Assembly (NCBI RefSeq): GCF_004010195.1
Contig: NC_057719.1
Coordinates: 19,214,684 to 19,278,683 of the forward strand
Origin: Chiloscyllium plagiosum
Taxonomy: Eukaryota
DNA length: 64,000 nt
Direction: 5' to 3'
Numbering within the stretch: the stretch's first letter is position 1; each line of letters starts with the position of its first letter. Position numbers and translations under genes: made by a program. Below the pieces are notes generated by a model. The model saw nothing but the letters and a program-made list of their open reading frames with translations, did no database searches and had not been told where the DNA came from. Positions 1 to 13,335 of the stretch are shown here, piece after piece.

Positions 1-285
1 CCTCATTTCCCCTCACCCCACCTTTTCTCAGTCCCAACCCTCAGACTCAGCACCGCCTTCTTGACCTGCAATCTTCTTCCCGACCTCTCCGCCCCCACCC
101 CCTCTCCGGCCTATCACCCTCACCTCAACCTCCTTCCACCTATCGCATTCCCAATGCCCCTCCCCCAAGTCCCTCCTCCCTACCTTTTATCTTAGCCTGC
201 TTGGCACACCCTCCTCATTCCTGAAGAAGGGCTTATGCTTGAAACATCGATTCTCCTGCTGCGCTTTTCCAGCAACACGTTTTTC
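1..285 (+). mobile_element. Penelope-like element terminal repeat (pLTR) fragment, cut by the window start
   Basis: C/T-rich tract followed by CTGAAGAAGGGCTTATGCTTGAAACATCG. Reverse complement of the element at 5792-6020. Confidence 0.75.
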
Positions 286-2284
286 ACGCATTAATCGGTC
301 TTTAATGAGCCACACCACCTCCTAGTATTCCACCCTCATCATATTTAGGATGACCATAACATGCAGGAGCAGAAGTAAGCCACTCAGCACAAGTCTGCTC
401 TGCTATTCAATAAGATAATAGTTCATCTGATAATCCTCAATTATGTTTTCCTGCCTTTTCCTCTTACTGATTAAAACTGCTATCTCAGCCTTGACTATAT
501 TTAATGAACCCGTTTATGTTCATTAAACACGTGCTTACATGACTTTATCGTCTAACGCCTCTAGCATCTCTATCACTCTATCCCTTTATGCACCAATTCC
601 AACGCAATAACTTTGCATTTCTTTGAGCAGCTATCTTATACATTAAGTTACATTGCCCAATCATTGGTTGCCCTGGAATTCCTTGTCTAAAATCTCACCA
701 TCTCTCTATTCTCCCTGAAAATTGGTTTTAAAACCCAATTCTCTAACCAAGCATTTGGCCTGTTCTTCTAATACCTTGCTTTCTCGTCGATTATTTGTTT
801 ATATTTTGGCGTAGCATTTTTCTACACAATTCGTGCTACAGAAAAGAATGTTGTCATCCACAAACCAATAAGTTACACTTGCTGAGCATTGTGCATGAAT
901 TTAAGTATATGTAGAGCTTTGCTTTCCCTGATAGATTCCAGAAGAAATGGTTCGGATGTAACCAGATAGAAGCAGAAAAGTCAAACGAGGAACTAAACCT
1001 TTTTGAAAACTTAAATGAAAGTTACTGTCTATTGAGTGCAACAAAGGATTGCTTGCACACATGATATACGCTGATGGAACTGGTCTGGGCAGTTATCTTT
1101 CTACAATAGTCAGCTGCTTCATTCAGACTGACATGTTGCAGAATCTGCTGTAGTTTAAATGACAGCCTCTGAAATGTTGGTTCTTAGCTGATCTTTATCA
1201 ATTACTCAAATGGCTTCAATCTAAATGGGCCAATTGTTTTGGGCCAATAAGCACTTTCCTTCTACTCTTCACCCAGTTTATTTGGGAATAATCGGCCGAA
1301 TATTTGCAGTAGTCAAAACAAAATCCACCCAATTATAACTTAATCCAAGCATCAACCTCAGCTCATTTCCAGCAAATCAAACTTGTTCTTTTGCATTAAA
1401 TGTCAGCAAAGCACAAACCTGTAAGCTTTTAAAACCTGTAAGCTTTCACCTAAGTGTCAAATAATCAGAAACACCGAAAAAGGACATGGCTTTCAGAGTT
1501 CACAGACATATTCAAAATTTGGGAACATTCAGAGGGAAAGTCAGATCTGTACAGATGGAATGGTCTCCACCTGAACCATGCAGGTGCTGGTGATCCTACT
1601 TAGTGCTGAATGAGAGAAATAGAGAGATTCTAAAAATATTGGGGACAGGGGATCAAATTTGGGAAGATGCTATGAATCCAAGAGTACAAATCAACACCAA
1701 AGAAAAAGATACCCATATGGAAAATGACATAGCCACCGTGACTAAAAGGGAGGGAGAACATGATCTATGATTCAACCAATAAATAAAGACCAGGAATTAC
1801 AAAGAGAAAAATGATAAAACTAAAAGCCTCTGTATCTGAATGCACATAGCAATCAAACCAAAACAGGGGAACTGAGAGTGTAAGCAAAAACTTAAGAACA
1901 ATCTGGTAACCAGCGTAAAGACATGGCTGCAGAATGACTTGAACTGTGTTCAGGCTCTTGAAGAATGTATGACACTTAACAATGAATGGAAATGAGGAAA
2001 GACAGAGGAATTGCTGGATTAGCTAGTGATGGCATCAGTACAATAGGAAGAGATGATCCAAGTTTCGGAAACCACAATGCGGGAACAGTTTGAAGTGATT
2101 TCAATGAGAGATAAGCAGTCATTTATAGTAATGATGTACAGGCCCCTTCACAATAACCACATGGTAAGATGGAGCACAAAGGAAGAATAACGAAAGCCTT
2201 AAAGAAAGGCATGGCAAAAATACTAGGAATTTTTTTGTGTATCGACTGGAAGTTAGTCAGGCAAAGGTAGCCTAGTTGAGGACT

Positions 2285-3462
2285 TCATAGAACATAACAG
2301 CGCAGTACAGGCCCTTTGACCCTTGATGTTGCACTGACCCGTGAAACCAATTTGAAGCCCATGTAACCTGTACTATTCCATTCTTGTCCATATGCCTATC
2401 CAATGACCATTTAAATGCCCTTAAATTTGGCAAGTCGACAACTGTTGCAGGCAGTTCCACTGATTACTGAGTAAAGAAATTACCTCTGACAACTGTCCTA
2501 TATCTATCACGCCTCAATTAAAAGCTATGTCGCCTCGTGCTAGCCATCGCCATTCAAGGAAAAAAGGCTCATTGTCCAACCTATCTAACCCTCTGATTAT
2601 CTTGCATGTCTCAATTAAGTCACCTCTCAACCTTCTCTCTAACGAAAACTGCCTTAAGTTCCTCAGCCTTTCCTCATAAGACCTTCCCTCCATACCAGGC
2701 AGCATCCTAGTAAATCTCCTCTGAACCTTTTCCAAAGCTTCCACATCTTCCCTATACTCCAGTGACCAGAACTGTATGCAATACTCCAAGTGCGGCCGCA
2801 CCAGAATTTTGCACAGTTGTAGCATGACCTCATGGTTCCAAAACTCAATCTTTCTACCAATAAAAGCTAATACACTGTAAGCCTTCTTAACAACCCTATC
2901 AACCTGGGTGGCAACTTTCAAGGATCTATGTACCTGGACACCAAGATCTCTCTGCTCATCTACACGACCAAGAATCTTACCATTAGCCCAGTACTTTGTA
3001 TTCCTCTTACTCCTTCCAAAGTGAATCACCTCACACTTTTCCACATTAAACACAGTTTGCCACCTCTCAGCCCAGCTCTGCAGCTTATCTATGCCCCTCT
3101 GTATCCTACAACATCCTTCGCGACTATCCATAACCCCACCGACCTTAGTGTCATCAGCAAATTTACTAACCCATCTTTCTATGCCCTCATCCTGGTCATG
3201 CATAAAAATGACAAACAGCAGTGGACCCAAAACACATCCTTGCAGTAAAGTACTAGTGACTGAACTCCAGCATGATTATTTCCCATCAACCACCACCCTC
3301 TGTCTTCTTTCAGCTAACCAATTTCTGATCCAAACTGCTAAATCGCCCTCAATCCCATGTCTTCATATTCTGTGCAATAGCCTACCGTGTGGAACCTTAC
3401 TGAAATCCACATACACGTCAACCGCTTTACGCTCATCCACCTGCTTGGTCACCTTCTCGAAG
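2285..3462 (-). mobile_element. 5'-truncated CR1 LINE (RT C-terminal half plus 3' UTR and tail)
   Basis: ORF 2514..3230 contains SKFADDTK, RPHLEYCIQFWS and LEKVQRRFTRM; tail of the TTCTATG type at ~2285. Confidence 0.92.
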
Positions 3463-5791
3463 AAAAATTTTGGGGCAACAAAATGATTTTGGAATAGTTT
3501 TTGGAGGTGATCAGAGAGCATTACATAGTTATATAGAACAGTACAGCGCAGAACAGGCCTTTCGGTCTTCGATGTTGTGCCAACCTATGAACTAATCTAA
3601 GCCCATTCCCCTACACTATCCCATCATCTGTATGCTGACCCAAATGCCCCTAATGTGGCCGAGTTAATTACATTGGCATTCCACTCCTTTACCACTCTCT
3701 GAGTAAAGAACCTGCCTCTGAATCTGTTTTGAAGCTATCGCCCCTCAATTTGCAGCTATGCCCCCTCGTACAAGCTGACATCATCATCCTTGGAAAAAGA
3801 CTCTCACTGTCCACTCTATCTAATCCACTGCTCATCTTGTATGTCTCTATTAAATCCCCTTTTAGCTGCCTTCTCTCCAATGAGAACAGACCAAAGGTAC
3901 GTCAGCCGTTCCTCATAAGACCTTCCCTCTAGACTTGGCAATATCCTGGTAAATCTCCTCTGCAACTTTTCCAATGCTTCCACATCCTTTCTGTAATGGG
4001 GCGACCAGAACTGTACACAATATTCCAAGTGAGGTCGTGCTAACATTTTGTTCAGTTGCAGTGCGACATCATGACTCTGGAACTCAATCCCTCTAACAAT
4101 AAAACCTAACACACCGTATGCCTTCTTAATAGCACTATCAACCTAGGTGGCAACTTTCAGGGACCTATGTACATAGACACCAGGATAGCTCCGCACATCC
4201 ACACTACCAAGAATCTTTCCATTCATCCAGTATTCTGCCTTTCTGTTATTCTTCCCAAAGTGAATCACCTCACATTTATCTGCATATAATTCCATTTGCC
4301 ACCTCACAGCCCAATTCTGCAGTTTATACAAGTCCCCCTGAAACCTGAAACATTCTTCCACACTGTCCACCACTCCACCAACTTTAGCGTCATCTGCAAA
4401 TTTATTAACCAATCCACCTATGCCTACATCCAAGTCATTTATAAAAATTACAAACAGCAGTGGTCCCAAAACGTATCCTTGTGACACACCACTAGTAACC
4501 GGTCTCCAGGCTGAATATTTTTCATCAACCACCACTCGCTGCCTTCTTACAGAAAGCTAGTTTCTAATCCAAACTGCTAAATCACCCTCAATCCCATGCC
4601 TCTGCGTTTTCTCCAAAAGCCTACCACGTGGAACCTTATCAAAGCCTTTACTGAAGTCTATGTACACGTCAACTGCCCTACCCTCATCTACACACTTGTT
4701 GGTCATCTTTTCAAAAGAAACTCACTGAGGTTTGTGAGACACGACCTGCCCTTGATGAAACCATGTTGACTATCTCCAATCGAACTGCTGCTTGCTAGAT
4801 GATTATAAATCCTATCTGTTATAATCCTTTCCAAACCTTTTCCTACAACAGACGCAAGACTCACTGGTCTATAATTACCTGGGTCATATTTACTGTCCTT
4901 TTTGAACAAGGGCACAACATTTGCAGTCCTCCAGTCCTCTGGTACTACCCTGCAGACAATGGCGACTCAAAGATAAAGGCCAAAGGCTCCGCCATCTGCT
5001 CCCTAACCTCCCAGAGAATCCTCGGATAAATCCCATCCAGCCCAGGGGACTTATCTACTTTCACACCTTCTAGAATTGATAACACCTGTTCCTTACTAAC
5101 CTCATTCCTTTCTAATCTAATGGCCTGTATCTCAGTCTTCTCCTCTGCAATATTCTTTGTCAAACAGATGACAAATAATCATTTAGCACCTCTCTGATCT
5201 CCACATGGTCCACACACAACTTCCCACTACTGTCTTTGACTGGCCCTATTTCTATCCTAGTCATCCTTTTATTCCTCACATACCTGTAGAAAGCTTTAGG
5301 GTTCTCCTTTATTTGACCTGCTAAAGACTGCTCATGTCCCCTCCTTACTGCTCTTAACTCTGTTTAAATCCTGCCTAGCTCATCTGTAACTCTATCTCCT
5401 CATCTGAAGCATCTTGTCTCATTGTCACATAAGCCTTCCTCTTCCGCTTAACAAGAGATACAATTTCTTAATTTTTTTTAATGGTTCCCTTACCTTCTCA
5501 CTTCCTCCTTGCCTGACAGGGACATATCTATCAAGGACATGCAATTTCTGTTCCTAAAACCAGTTCCACATTCAATTGTCCCCATGCCCTGCATTTTGCT
5601 ACCTCATTCTCTGCCTCCAAAGTCTTGCATAATTGCATTATAATTGCCCTTCCCCTTTCTATCATTCTTGCCCTGTGGCATGTACCTATCCCTTTCCATC
5701 GCTAAACTAAATATAACTGAATTATGGTCACTCTCTCCAAAGTGCTCACCTACCAATAAATCAAACACCTAGCCTGGTTCATTACCAAGTA

Positions 5792-6020
5792 TGAGCTGAA
5801 AAACGTGTTGCTGGAAAAGCGCAGCAGATCAGGCAGCTTCCAAGGATCAGGAGAATCGATGTTTCGGGCATAAGCCCTTCTTCAGGAATGAGGAAGGTGT
5901 GCCAAGCAGGCCAAGATAAAAGGTAGGGAGGAAGGACTTGGGGGAGGGGCATTGGGAATGCGATAGGTGGAAACACATTTTTCAGCTCTGACCTCCAGCA
6001 TCTGCAGTCCTCACTTTCTC
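5792..6020. mobile_element. Penelope-derived short element with inverted ends, nested in the CR1; 14-bp TSD
   Basis: TTCATTACCAAGTA at 5778-5791 and 6021-6034; inverted gagctgaaaaacgtgtt / aacacatttttcagctc. Confidence 0.85.
5858..5885 (-). ncRNA. Minimal hammerhead-ribozyme-like core in a Penelope pLTR
   Basis: Minus strand reads CTGAAGA-AGGGC-TTAT-GCCC-GAAACATC, i.e. CUGANGA / stem II / GAAA / UH. Confidence 0.55.
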
Positions 6021-9000
6021 TTCATTACCAAGTACCAGATCCAGTGTGGCTTCCTCTTTGGTCGGCCCTTCAACATACTGTGTCAGGAAACCCTCCGGAC
6101 AAACACTGATCCATTTGATGTACTGGAGTTATAGCATTTCCAGTCAATGTTAGGGAAGTTAAAGTCCCCCATAATCACCACCATGTTCCTTTCACTCCTA
6201 CACAGAATTCTTCTGCCAATCCTTTCCTCCACATCCCTGGAACTTTGCGGAGGCCTATAAAAAAAAAACTCCCAGCAGTGTGACCTCTCCTCTCCTGTTT
6301 CTAACCTCAGCCCATACCACCTCAGTAGATGAGTCCGCATCAAAAGTTTTTTCAGTCACCATTATACTGTCCTTTACGAACAAAGCCACACCTTCCCATC
6401 TTTTACCACTTTTCCTGATCTTAATGAAAGTTCTAAACCCTGGACCCTGTATTATTCATTCCCAACCCTGCTCTATCCATGTCTCCGAAATGGCCTCAAC
6501 ATCGAAGTCCCAGGTACCTATCCATGCTGCAAGCTCACCTACCTTATTCCGGATATTCCTGGCATTGAAAGTAGACATACTTCTAACCAGCTAGCTGTCG
6601 GCCAGCACATTCCTGTGACTGTGAAACCTTGCCCATACCCTCCCTACTCACATCCTCCTATTCACTGGAACTACACCATAGGTTCCCATTCCCCTGCTGA
6701 GCTAGTTTAAACCCATCTGAATAGCACTAGCAAATTTCCCATCCAGGATATTAATACCCCTCTGGTTTAAGTGAAGACCGTCCTGTTTGTAGAGGTCCCA
6801 CATTCTCCAGAATGAGCCCCAGTTCTCCATAAAGCTAAAATGCTCCCTTCCGCACCATCCCTGCAGTCACATGTTCAGCTGATATCTCTCCCTATTCCTT
6901 GCCTTGCTATCATGTAGCACAGGTAATAAACCATAGATAACAACTCTTTGTTCTAGCTCTCAGCTTCCACTTTGGCTCCCTGAAATCCTGCCTTACATCC
7001 CTATCCCTCTTTCTACCTATGTGGACCACGACTTGGGGCTGGTCACCCTCTCCCTTCAGGACCCCAAAGACACGATCTGAGACATCACGGACCTTGGAAC
7101 CTGGGAGGCAACACACCAACTGTGAGTCTCTTTCGCTCCCAACAAACCTTCAATCTGACCTTCAACTACTGAGTCCCTAATGACTAACACTCTCCTCCTT
7201 TCCCCCCTTCCCTTTTGTGCAACAGGGACAGACTCTGTGCCAGAGACCTGTACCCCAATGCATGTCCCTATTAAGTTGTCCCTCCAACAGTATCCAAACC
7301 AGTAGACCTATTTTTCAGGGGAACGACCACAGAGCATCCCTGCACTGATTGTTTTTTTTCCCCCTTCGAACAGTTACCTAGTTTTTTCTTGCCTACATAC
7401 TAGACCTGGTATTGCACAGACAGGATTAATTTGTGATTTCGGTGAAGGCATCCTTAGGTTGTAGCAGCCATAATATGACAATGCTACATTCAAATTGAGG
7501 GGAAAAGGAGTGGTCCAAGACTTCTTTAAAATTTAAAGAAGGAGAATTCTGAGGGCATGAAAGCACAGTTGGCTAAACAAATTGGCAAATTAGGTTCAAG
7601 AGCAGATCAATGCAGATGCAGCAGCAGACATTTAAGAGGATATTTCAGAATCTACAGAATACAAAAACACCAGCTGTAAGAAAAGTTCAAATGGAGGGAC
7701 TCACCATTTGAGATGGATTAGAAATGTATAAAGAGCATCAAATTAAAAGAAAAGGCATGATTCCGTGCGAAGGGATGGTTGAACAGAAGATTCGAAAGAA
7801 TATAAAAACATGAGAAAGCGACCAAAATAATAGCTAAATGGAAAAAATAGTGTACAAGAGAAAGCTAGTGAGAAATATAAAAACAGATAAGAGTTTCCAC
7901 AAATATTTAAAAGGAAAAGAGCAAACAAAGTGAGGGTTGGTCCTATTGAAAGCAAATTGAAAGAATTATTAATGGAAAAAAAAGAAAATAACAAGTGAAT
8001 AGATCAAGTATTTTGTATCAGTCTTCAGTAAACAGGATATAAATAACAACTTAGAGGCAGCGCCAAATCTGAAAATGGTAAGGTTGAAGGAACTCAGGAA
8101 AATGATAATCACCGAAGTTGTATTCAGCAAACTGTTAAGGCTGCAGACTGACAATGCTGAGGAACTTATCCTGGGGCTTGAAAAGGAATTGCTCGTGAGA
8201 TAATCAAAATACGAGTTTTAGTTTTCCAAAACTCTCTTAATTCAGGGTCAGTCTCAGTAGATTTGAAGGTAGTAAATATAACTATTCAAAAAAGGAGGAA
8301 AGACAGAAAACATGAAATTATAGCAAGTTAGCTTAACTTTTGTCATGGGGAAAATGTTACAAGCTATTCGAAATCACAGAAAATGTAGAACATGGACTCA
8401 AGAACAAGTTATTCAGCTATTGTGCCCAGTCTACCATTCAAAACAATCATGGCTAATCCTCTAAGTTAACACCAATTTTATGCTTTCTCCCCATATTCTT
8501 TAAATACCCCATACAGCTGGGGTCCCAAGTATTTAACCTTGTCGTATCTCTTTTATCAATGCCTTGCAGCCTGAAAATGACCCATTTGTTCCTACTTTGC
8601 TCCCTATCTGAGAAATCAAAGCCTGAATTAAGAATTGGCATACACAATAGCCTCTGATGTGGATCTTTATCAAAAGCTTTCTGAATGCCCAAATACACAT
8701 CAATTACTTATCCAGCTAGGCTTCTAGATACTTCGTCAGGACAAACTCTAGGTTTATCAAACATGATTTCCCTTTCATAGATCCATGATGTTTTTATATG
8801 ATCCAACTCGTATTTTTTAAGAATGAGAAAGGAACATATAATATGAAGAGAGATTGCCGAGTTCAGATGTAGAGGAATCTGGGTGTCCTCATGCACAAAC
8901 AGCAATATGTTAATTTGCAGGCACAACAAGTAATTAGGAAACCTAATGCAATCTGTCATTTATTGCAAGGGGAATAGAACACAACAGTTGGAATTTTAAG

Positions 9001-9876
9001 CTGCAGTTATACACTGCACTGATGAGGCTGCATCTGGAGTATCGTGCACCATATTGGTCAATTTATTTAAGGATGTAAATGTGTTGGTTCTAGTTCAAAG
9101 CAGGATTAACGGAAGGGTGAGGGTATTAGGAGGAAAGGCTGGGAGAGGCTCGGCTTGCATTCACTCGAGTTTACAAGAGTAAGGTGACTCGATTGAAACA
9201 TAAATCCTTAAGCATTTCAGATGAATTGGGGAGATTTGCTCTTATGGGAGAATCTAGCGCTAGAAGTCAGTTTAAAAATCTGAGTTGAGGCAATAAAATT
9301 CTCTGAAGGTCACAAGATGGTGGAAGGAAGGTCTTTGAATACTTGAGGCAAATGCAGACATTCTTAAGCAAGGGAGTGAAATGTTAGACAGGCATGTGGA
9401 TTTGGGGTTACAATCAGATCAACCATGAACTTATTTGATTACAGAATAGGTTTGAAAGAGTCAAACTCCTGCTCCTGCTTTTAACTTGTTTCTTCTGCAT
9501 GCCTCCTGTTTCTGTTTCCTTGCCAAAGATGATATATCCATTGTAAAAATGGACCAAAACTGGTCTTCCGAGTTAAAGTGCAAAAGGAGTTTATTCAAAC
9601 TTCATTCGAAATTTCTTCAAATTGCATTAGTGCATTTAGACAGGAAAAAACACAACATTTTTATCACACTTTAAAGGATCTGAGAACAATGATACTGTTT
9701 TGAACTATAACTGCTGTTGTAAAGCACCCTCAAATAGCTACGTGACAACAACCAAATAAACAGTTTCAGCAAGGTTCATTTACAAATGATATTAGTTACG
9801 CCACTCAACTACTCTTCTTTGAAATTGTACATCCTAAGAGCGCAGAGTAAAAATTTGGCTGAACAATTTTCATGTC

Positions 9877-10270
9877 GAAAGTGTGGTGCTGGACAAGCAC
9901 AGGAGATCAGGCAACATCCAAGGAAGAGAATCGATGTTTTGGGCATAAGCCTGTCATCAAGATTGAGGCTTATGGGTCAGGGACTGGGGAAGGTAGCCTA
10001 GAATGTGAAAGATTGATGAAGGTTGGGGAGAAGGTGATACATCTGAGAGGAGGGTGGAGCAGATAGATGGGCAGGACGATGGAAAGGTCAAGAGGGCGGG
10101 GTTGAGTTGGAGGTTTGGAACTGGAATAAGGTGGGAGGGAGGGGAAATCAGGAAACGGGTCAAATCCACATTAATTCTGTGTGGTTGCAGGGTCTCAAGG
10201 TGGAAGTTGAGGAGTTCTTCCTCCAGGTGTCGAGTGGTTAGGGTTTGGTGATGGAGGCGGCCCAGGACCT
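9877..10270 (-). mobile_element. Penelope-like pLTR / GIY-YIG C-terminal fragment
   Basis: Same sequence family as the left arm of 20895-21797 (aaatccacatt...ggttgcagggtc...ggaggcggcccaggacct). Confidence 0.75.
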
Positions 10271-10659
10271 TCAGCTTCTAAACAATTTTAATATCTGTTG
10301 GAAATGTTCCAGTTATCTAACCCTGCTTAAACCAATGAAATATCCTAATGTCCCAAGACAGAATCCAGAAAAGTCTTTCACCTTTAAAAATGAACGAAAC
10401 TATCAATTCAATAAAATCAATTCAATGAAATCATTTCCGATGTATTACAGAACACTTGGATACTTTACAACATTTTCTGTTTCACTGCAAGTAACTAAGC
10501 TTAACTAAAATTGCACACTAAATGTATAGTTTTGCATATGTTAGGATTAGATACACTGCTTACCCAAGTAGTTTTACTTTTTCATCTTAGTGCTCAAACA
10601 TTCTAAAAACTCATTTGAACAGACTAATATTCTTCCACATTTCCAAAAATGTAGCAACT

Positions 10660-10825
10660 GTCACTGAGTCAAAATCCTGGAATTCCCTCCCTCAGGGCAC
10701 TGTAGGCCAACCTACAGAATATGGACTGCAGCGGTTCAAGGTGGCAGCTCACCACCACCTTCTCAAGGGCAACTAGGGACCGGCTACAAAATAGTGGCCA
10801 GCGAGTTTTGCCCTCGTCCCACAAG
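10660..10825 (+). mobile_element. Retroposon 3'-tail fragment
   Basis: gcagcggttcaaggtggcagctcaccaccaccttctcaagggcaactaggg; degenerate relatives at ~12330-12480 and ~52880-53150. Confidence 0.55.
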
Positions 10826-11124
10826 TGTCTCAGACTGTAGAAATACTGCTAGGACAAATGAGAACTAATTAAGAGCAAATAAAACTGGTTCCACCCACGT
10901 ATCTTTTCCTTCGAGTTTTAACAGAACTAATTCAAATGAGATACCCAGTTCTCAGTGCAGCAAGCTGGAACTCAAATTAGAATTGTATTAAAATTATGAA
11001 TCAGGAAAATTGCATTCACTTTTTAAACAAAGCTCAGCATGTGCCAAGAACTAGTCAAAAGATTTTCTAATTTTGAATGCTCAATAACAGGGAATGCAGC
11101 CAGCATGCAGTTTTACAGTCATAC

Positions 11125-11161
11125 TGTCCTCAACTTCTTTCTTGCATTTTCTTTTGAACAC
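11125..11161 (-). CDS. VRK1: Candidate VRK1 coding exon 11 (37 nt): VFKRKCKKEVED, basic NLS-like segment
   Basis: gtctag acceptor in phase 0, as the previous exon requires. The peptide resembles the KRKKEIEE tail of human VRK1 (recalled). GTATGA donor. The downstream partner exon is not established. Confidence 0.6.
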
Positions 11162-11455
11162 CTAGACAAATTGATCTTGATTTTTGAGTTAATTTCTGCA
11201 TCAACCAATGACCTTGAAAGCACAGTCAAGCCCTAGAGCGTGAAAGTTTCTCTTGCCCAATACATATTTCTTATATTTAGTGTGAACATTCACCTGCTGG
11301 AATCAGTTTTTATCCAAATGATCCTATTCTTTTATAGCTTTAAATACATCTACATACCACACTGCTTCCTCCCTCCTTACCCCTTGCTGTTTTAACTGTT
11401 ACACAATTGTCAACACAAAGCTTTAGAGCAAAAAACATTACAAAAGAAAATGTAC

Positions 11456-11634
11456 CTGTTGTTTGGATGTTGTTGGTGCATCACCATTGGAAGATGCTCC
11501 TGAAACCAAAACACCATCATCTATGCAGCCGATAGATTTAAATCCTTGCTTGAGGATGTCTCTCAGCCTCTGGTACTGGGGTCTATCTTTGTACCCCAGA
11601 GATAGTACATCTTCAAAATACTTTGTCATCTCAG
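11456..11634 (-). CDS. VRK1: VRK1 coding exon 10 (179 nt): (A)EMTKYFEDVLSLGYKDRPQYQRLRDILKQGFKSIGCIDDGVLVSGASSNGDAPTTSKQQ
   Basis: atgcag / GTACAT; LxYxxxPxYxxLRDIL C-lobe end; phase 1 to 0. Cumulative CDS is 1068 nt. Confidence 0.93.
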
Positions 11635-13129
11635 CTGCATTAAAGAAATAAATATTTAATGCTTGTAATACAGAACTGGAATACTGCTGCAATGAGTGCT
11701 GTTGAACCTTATTATCATGTACTCAGATGCACACATTTCAAATGTAAAAGGGAGCAACAATTGATACTGCATAAAAAAAGACGGCAGATTGTCCAAGGTG
11801 TTGCCATCGCAAATGCATCAGGGAACTATTAACATCTATGCTTTTGTTTAGTTCAAAACTGGGCATCATTATCCTTTTGAATTACACCAAACACCAATTT
11901 AAGATCAGTGAGGCTTGCAAAGTATATTTGTCCCTTTAAGCAAATGTAAGCGAGCACTTTACGATCACAATTAGGCGGTTAGATTAATGCTCATCGCACT
12001 TGGGATTTTTCAGAAAGTGTTGTCCAAACACAGTCACATCTAACATCAGATACTATATCTTGAGTTTTATAAGCAAATACATAAAAAATAAGCTTAAAGA
12101 CAGAGGACAATATTTTTAAGACTCCTTGAAATGGTAGTTCAGCATTCTGCTAAACTTAGAGAAATTCATCTTTGATTAGGTTTAGCTCACAAGGCAAAGT
12201 AAGGGCTCCCATTCTCAACCCCACTTCTCCAGCAGTCATCCAAATTTACATTCAAGTAGCAATAGCATTCTACAAGCAGCCAAAAGGAACACCTGATTTT
12301 CCTCTGGAGTAGACCCTTCTGCAGTGTGGACCACTGGGTCAAAATTGTGGAATATGTTCCTGAACAGTATTATGGGTCTACCTACAGTATATGGACAGGA
12401 GAGGTTCAAGGTAATAGCTCACAACCACTTACAGACAACAGGGAGGGAAAATAAATGCCCCATTATGCCATCATCTCATGCATACTTTTTAAAAAGAAAA
12501 TCCATAATTCTGTACAATATAAATGACAATTACTCGGCAGATGCAGTGCTATCAGGTTATTCACAACAAAATCAAAGGCGGTAATTTCTCAAAAACACAG
12601 AGCAAAGGTATATCAGAAAGGTTCCAATTTTGACCACATCAGGTTAAGAGTCTCAACCAAGACTGGTATTAAATTGTTTCAATGCCCCAAACCAAAATTC
12701 TTCTAGGTCAAAGCCATCATGTCCAACTTCAATTCCCCTATCTGAATACCATGACATGGTGTGGTGACATCTTGAGAGTTCATTTCCTCCCCAACGAGCA
12801 GGCAAATTCTCAATATTGCTGAAAACAAGTACACTAGCATTATTAACATAGCAAGGTTAGAACGTTACCCTCAAGATGATCACAATTATGTCAAATTGTC
12901 AATTATCACAATGTGTGAAGTAGCAACCGAACACCACAATGTCAGCTGTAACAAACATTGTTGGATAAAATTGTGATAATTGAATCAAGTTCAATCAAGT
13001 ACAGTTGGATGGAAAGGGTGATTTAAAATGTAGTTTATGAAAATTGACTGATCTACTAAGGAGTAAACGGAGTCAGTCATCAATTCCACCACTAACACCT
13101 ACCCAAGCCCCCATTTGTTGCCCACTACA

Positions 13130-13300
13130 AAGTGGTGGAGAAATTCAGCAGGACTGACCATATCTGTGGAGAGAGAAACTGAGGTAAGTTTCAAGACCAG
13201 CATGACTCCTCTGTTTCTCTCTCCCTATATGCTGCCAGACATGCTCAGTTTCTCCAGCATTCTTTTCATTTCAGATTTCCAGCATCCATAGCATTTGACT
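13130..13300. mobile_element. Degraded palindromic Penelope-derived mini-element, ~35 bp from a VRK1 donor
   Basis: Inverted arms homologous to the 37354-37586 element (ctcagcagg...tctgtggagagag / ctctctccc...gctgccagac...tttcagatttccagcatcc). Confidence 0.65.
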
Positions 13301-13335
13301 TTTATCTAATTATAAACAAAGTTTGAATTTCATAC

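Larger units (their letters stand above)
3524..7392 (-). mobile_element. Long, degenerate CR1 LINE: ORF1 SGNH-esterase part, APE endonuclease, RT, 3' UTR; contains a nested Penelope-like insert
   Basis: VCCLPGSKVRDVSDRV...PQVVVHIG (6910-7119), VIMGDFNFPNIDW (6083-6343), KSPGLDGIYPRIL, PGNYRPVSL...QHGF, NKFADDAK. Broken by frameshifts and stops. Confidence 0.92.
1500..9480 (+). mobile_element. Old, degraded CR1/L2-group LINE, split by two younger minus-strand CR1 insertions (host pieces ~1500-2284, ~3480-3523, ~7395-9480)
   Basis: Decayed endonuclease-like sequence resumes after the inserts (tactagacctggtattg, ILDLVL-like). RT-end and 3'-UTR-like sequence at ~8860-9480. Boundaries approximate. 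Confidence 0.6.

Noticed and set aside
9470..9530. Possible VRK1 terminal exon (ETETGGMQKKQVKSRSRSL on the minus strand)
   Set aside because: Weak AAG acceptor, and it runs into a LINE 3' tail. The similarity is compositional only.
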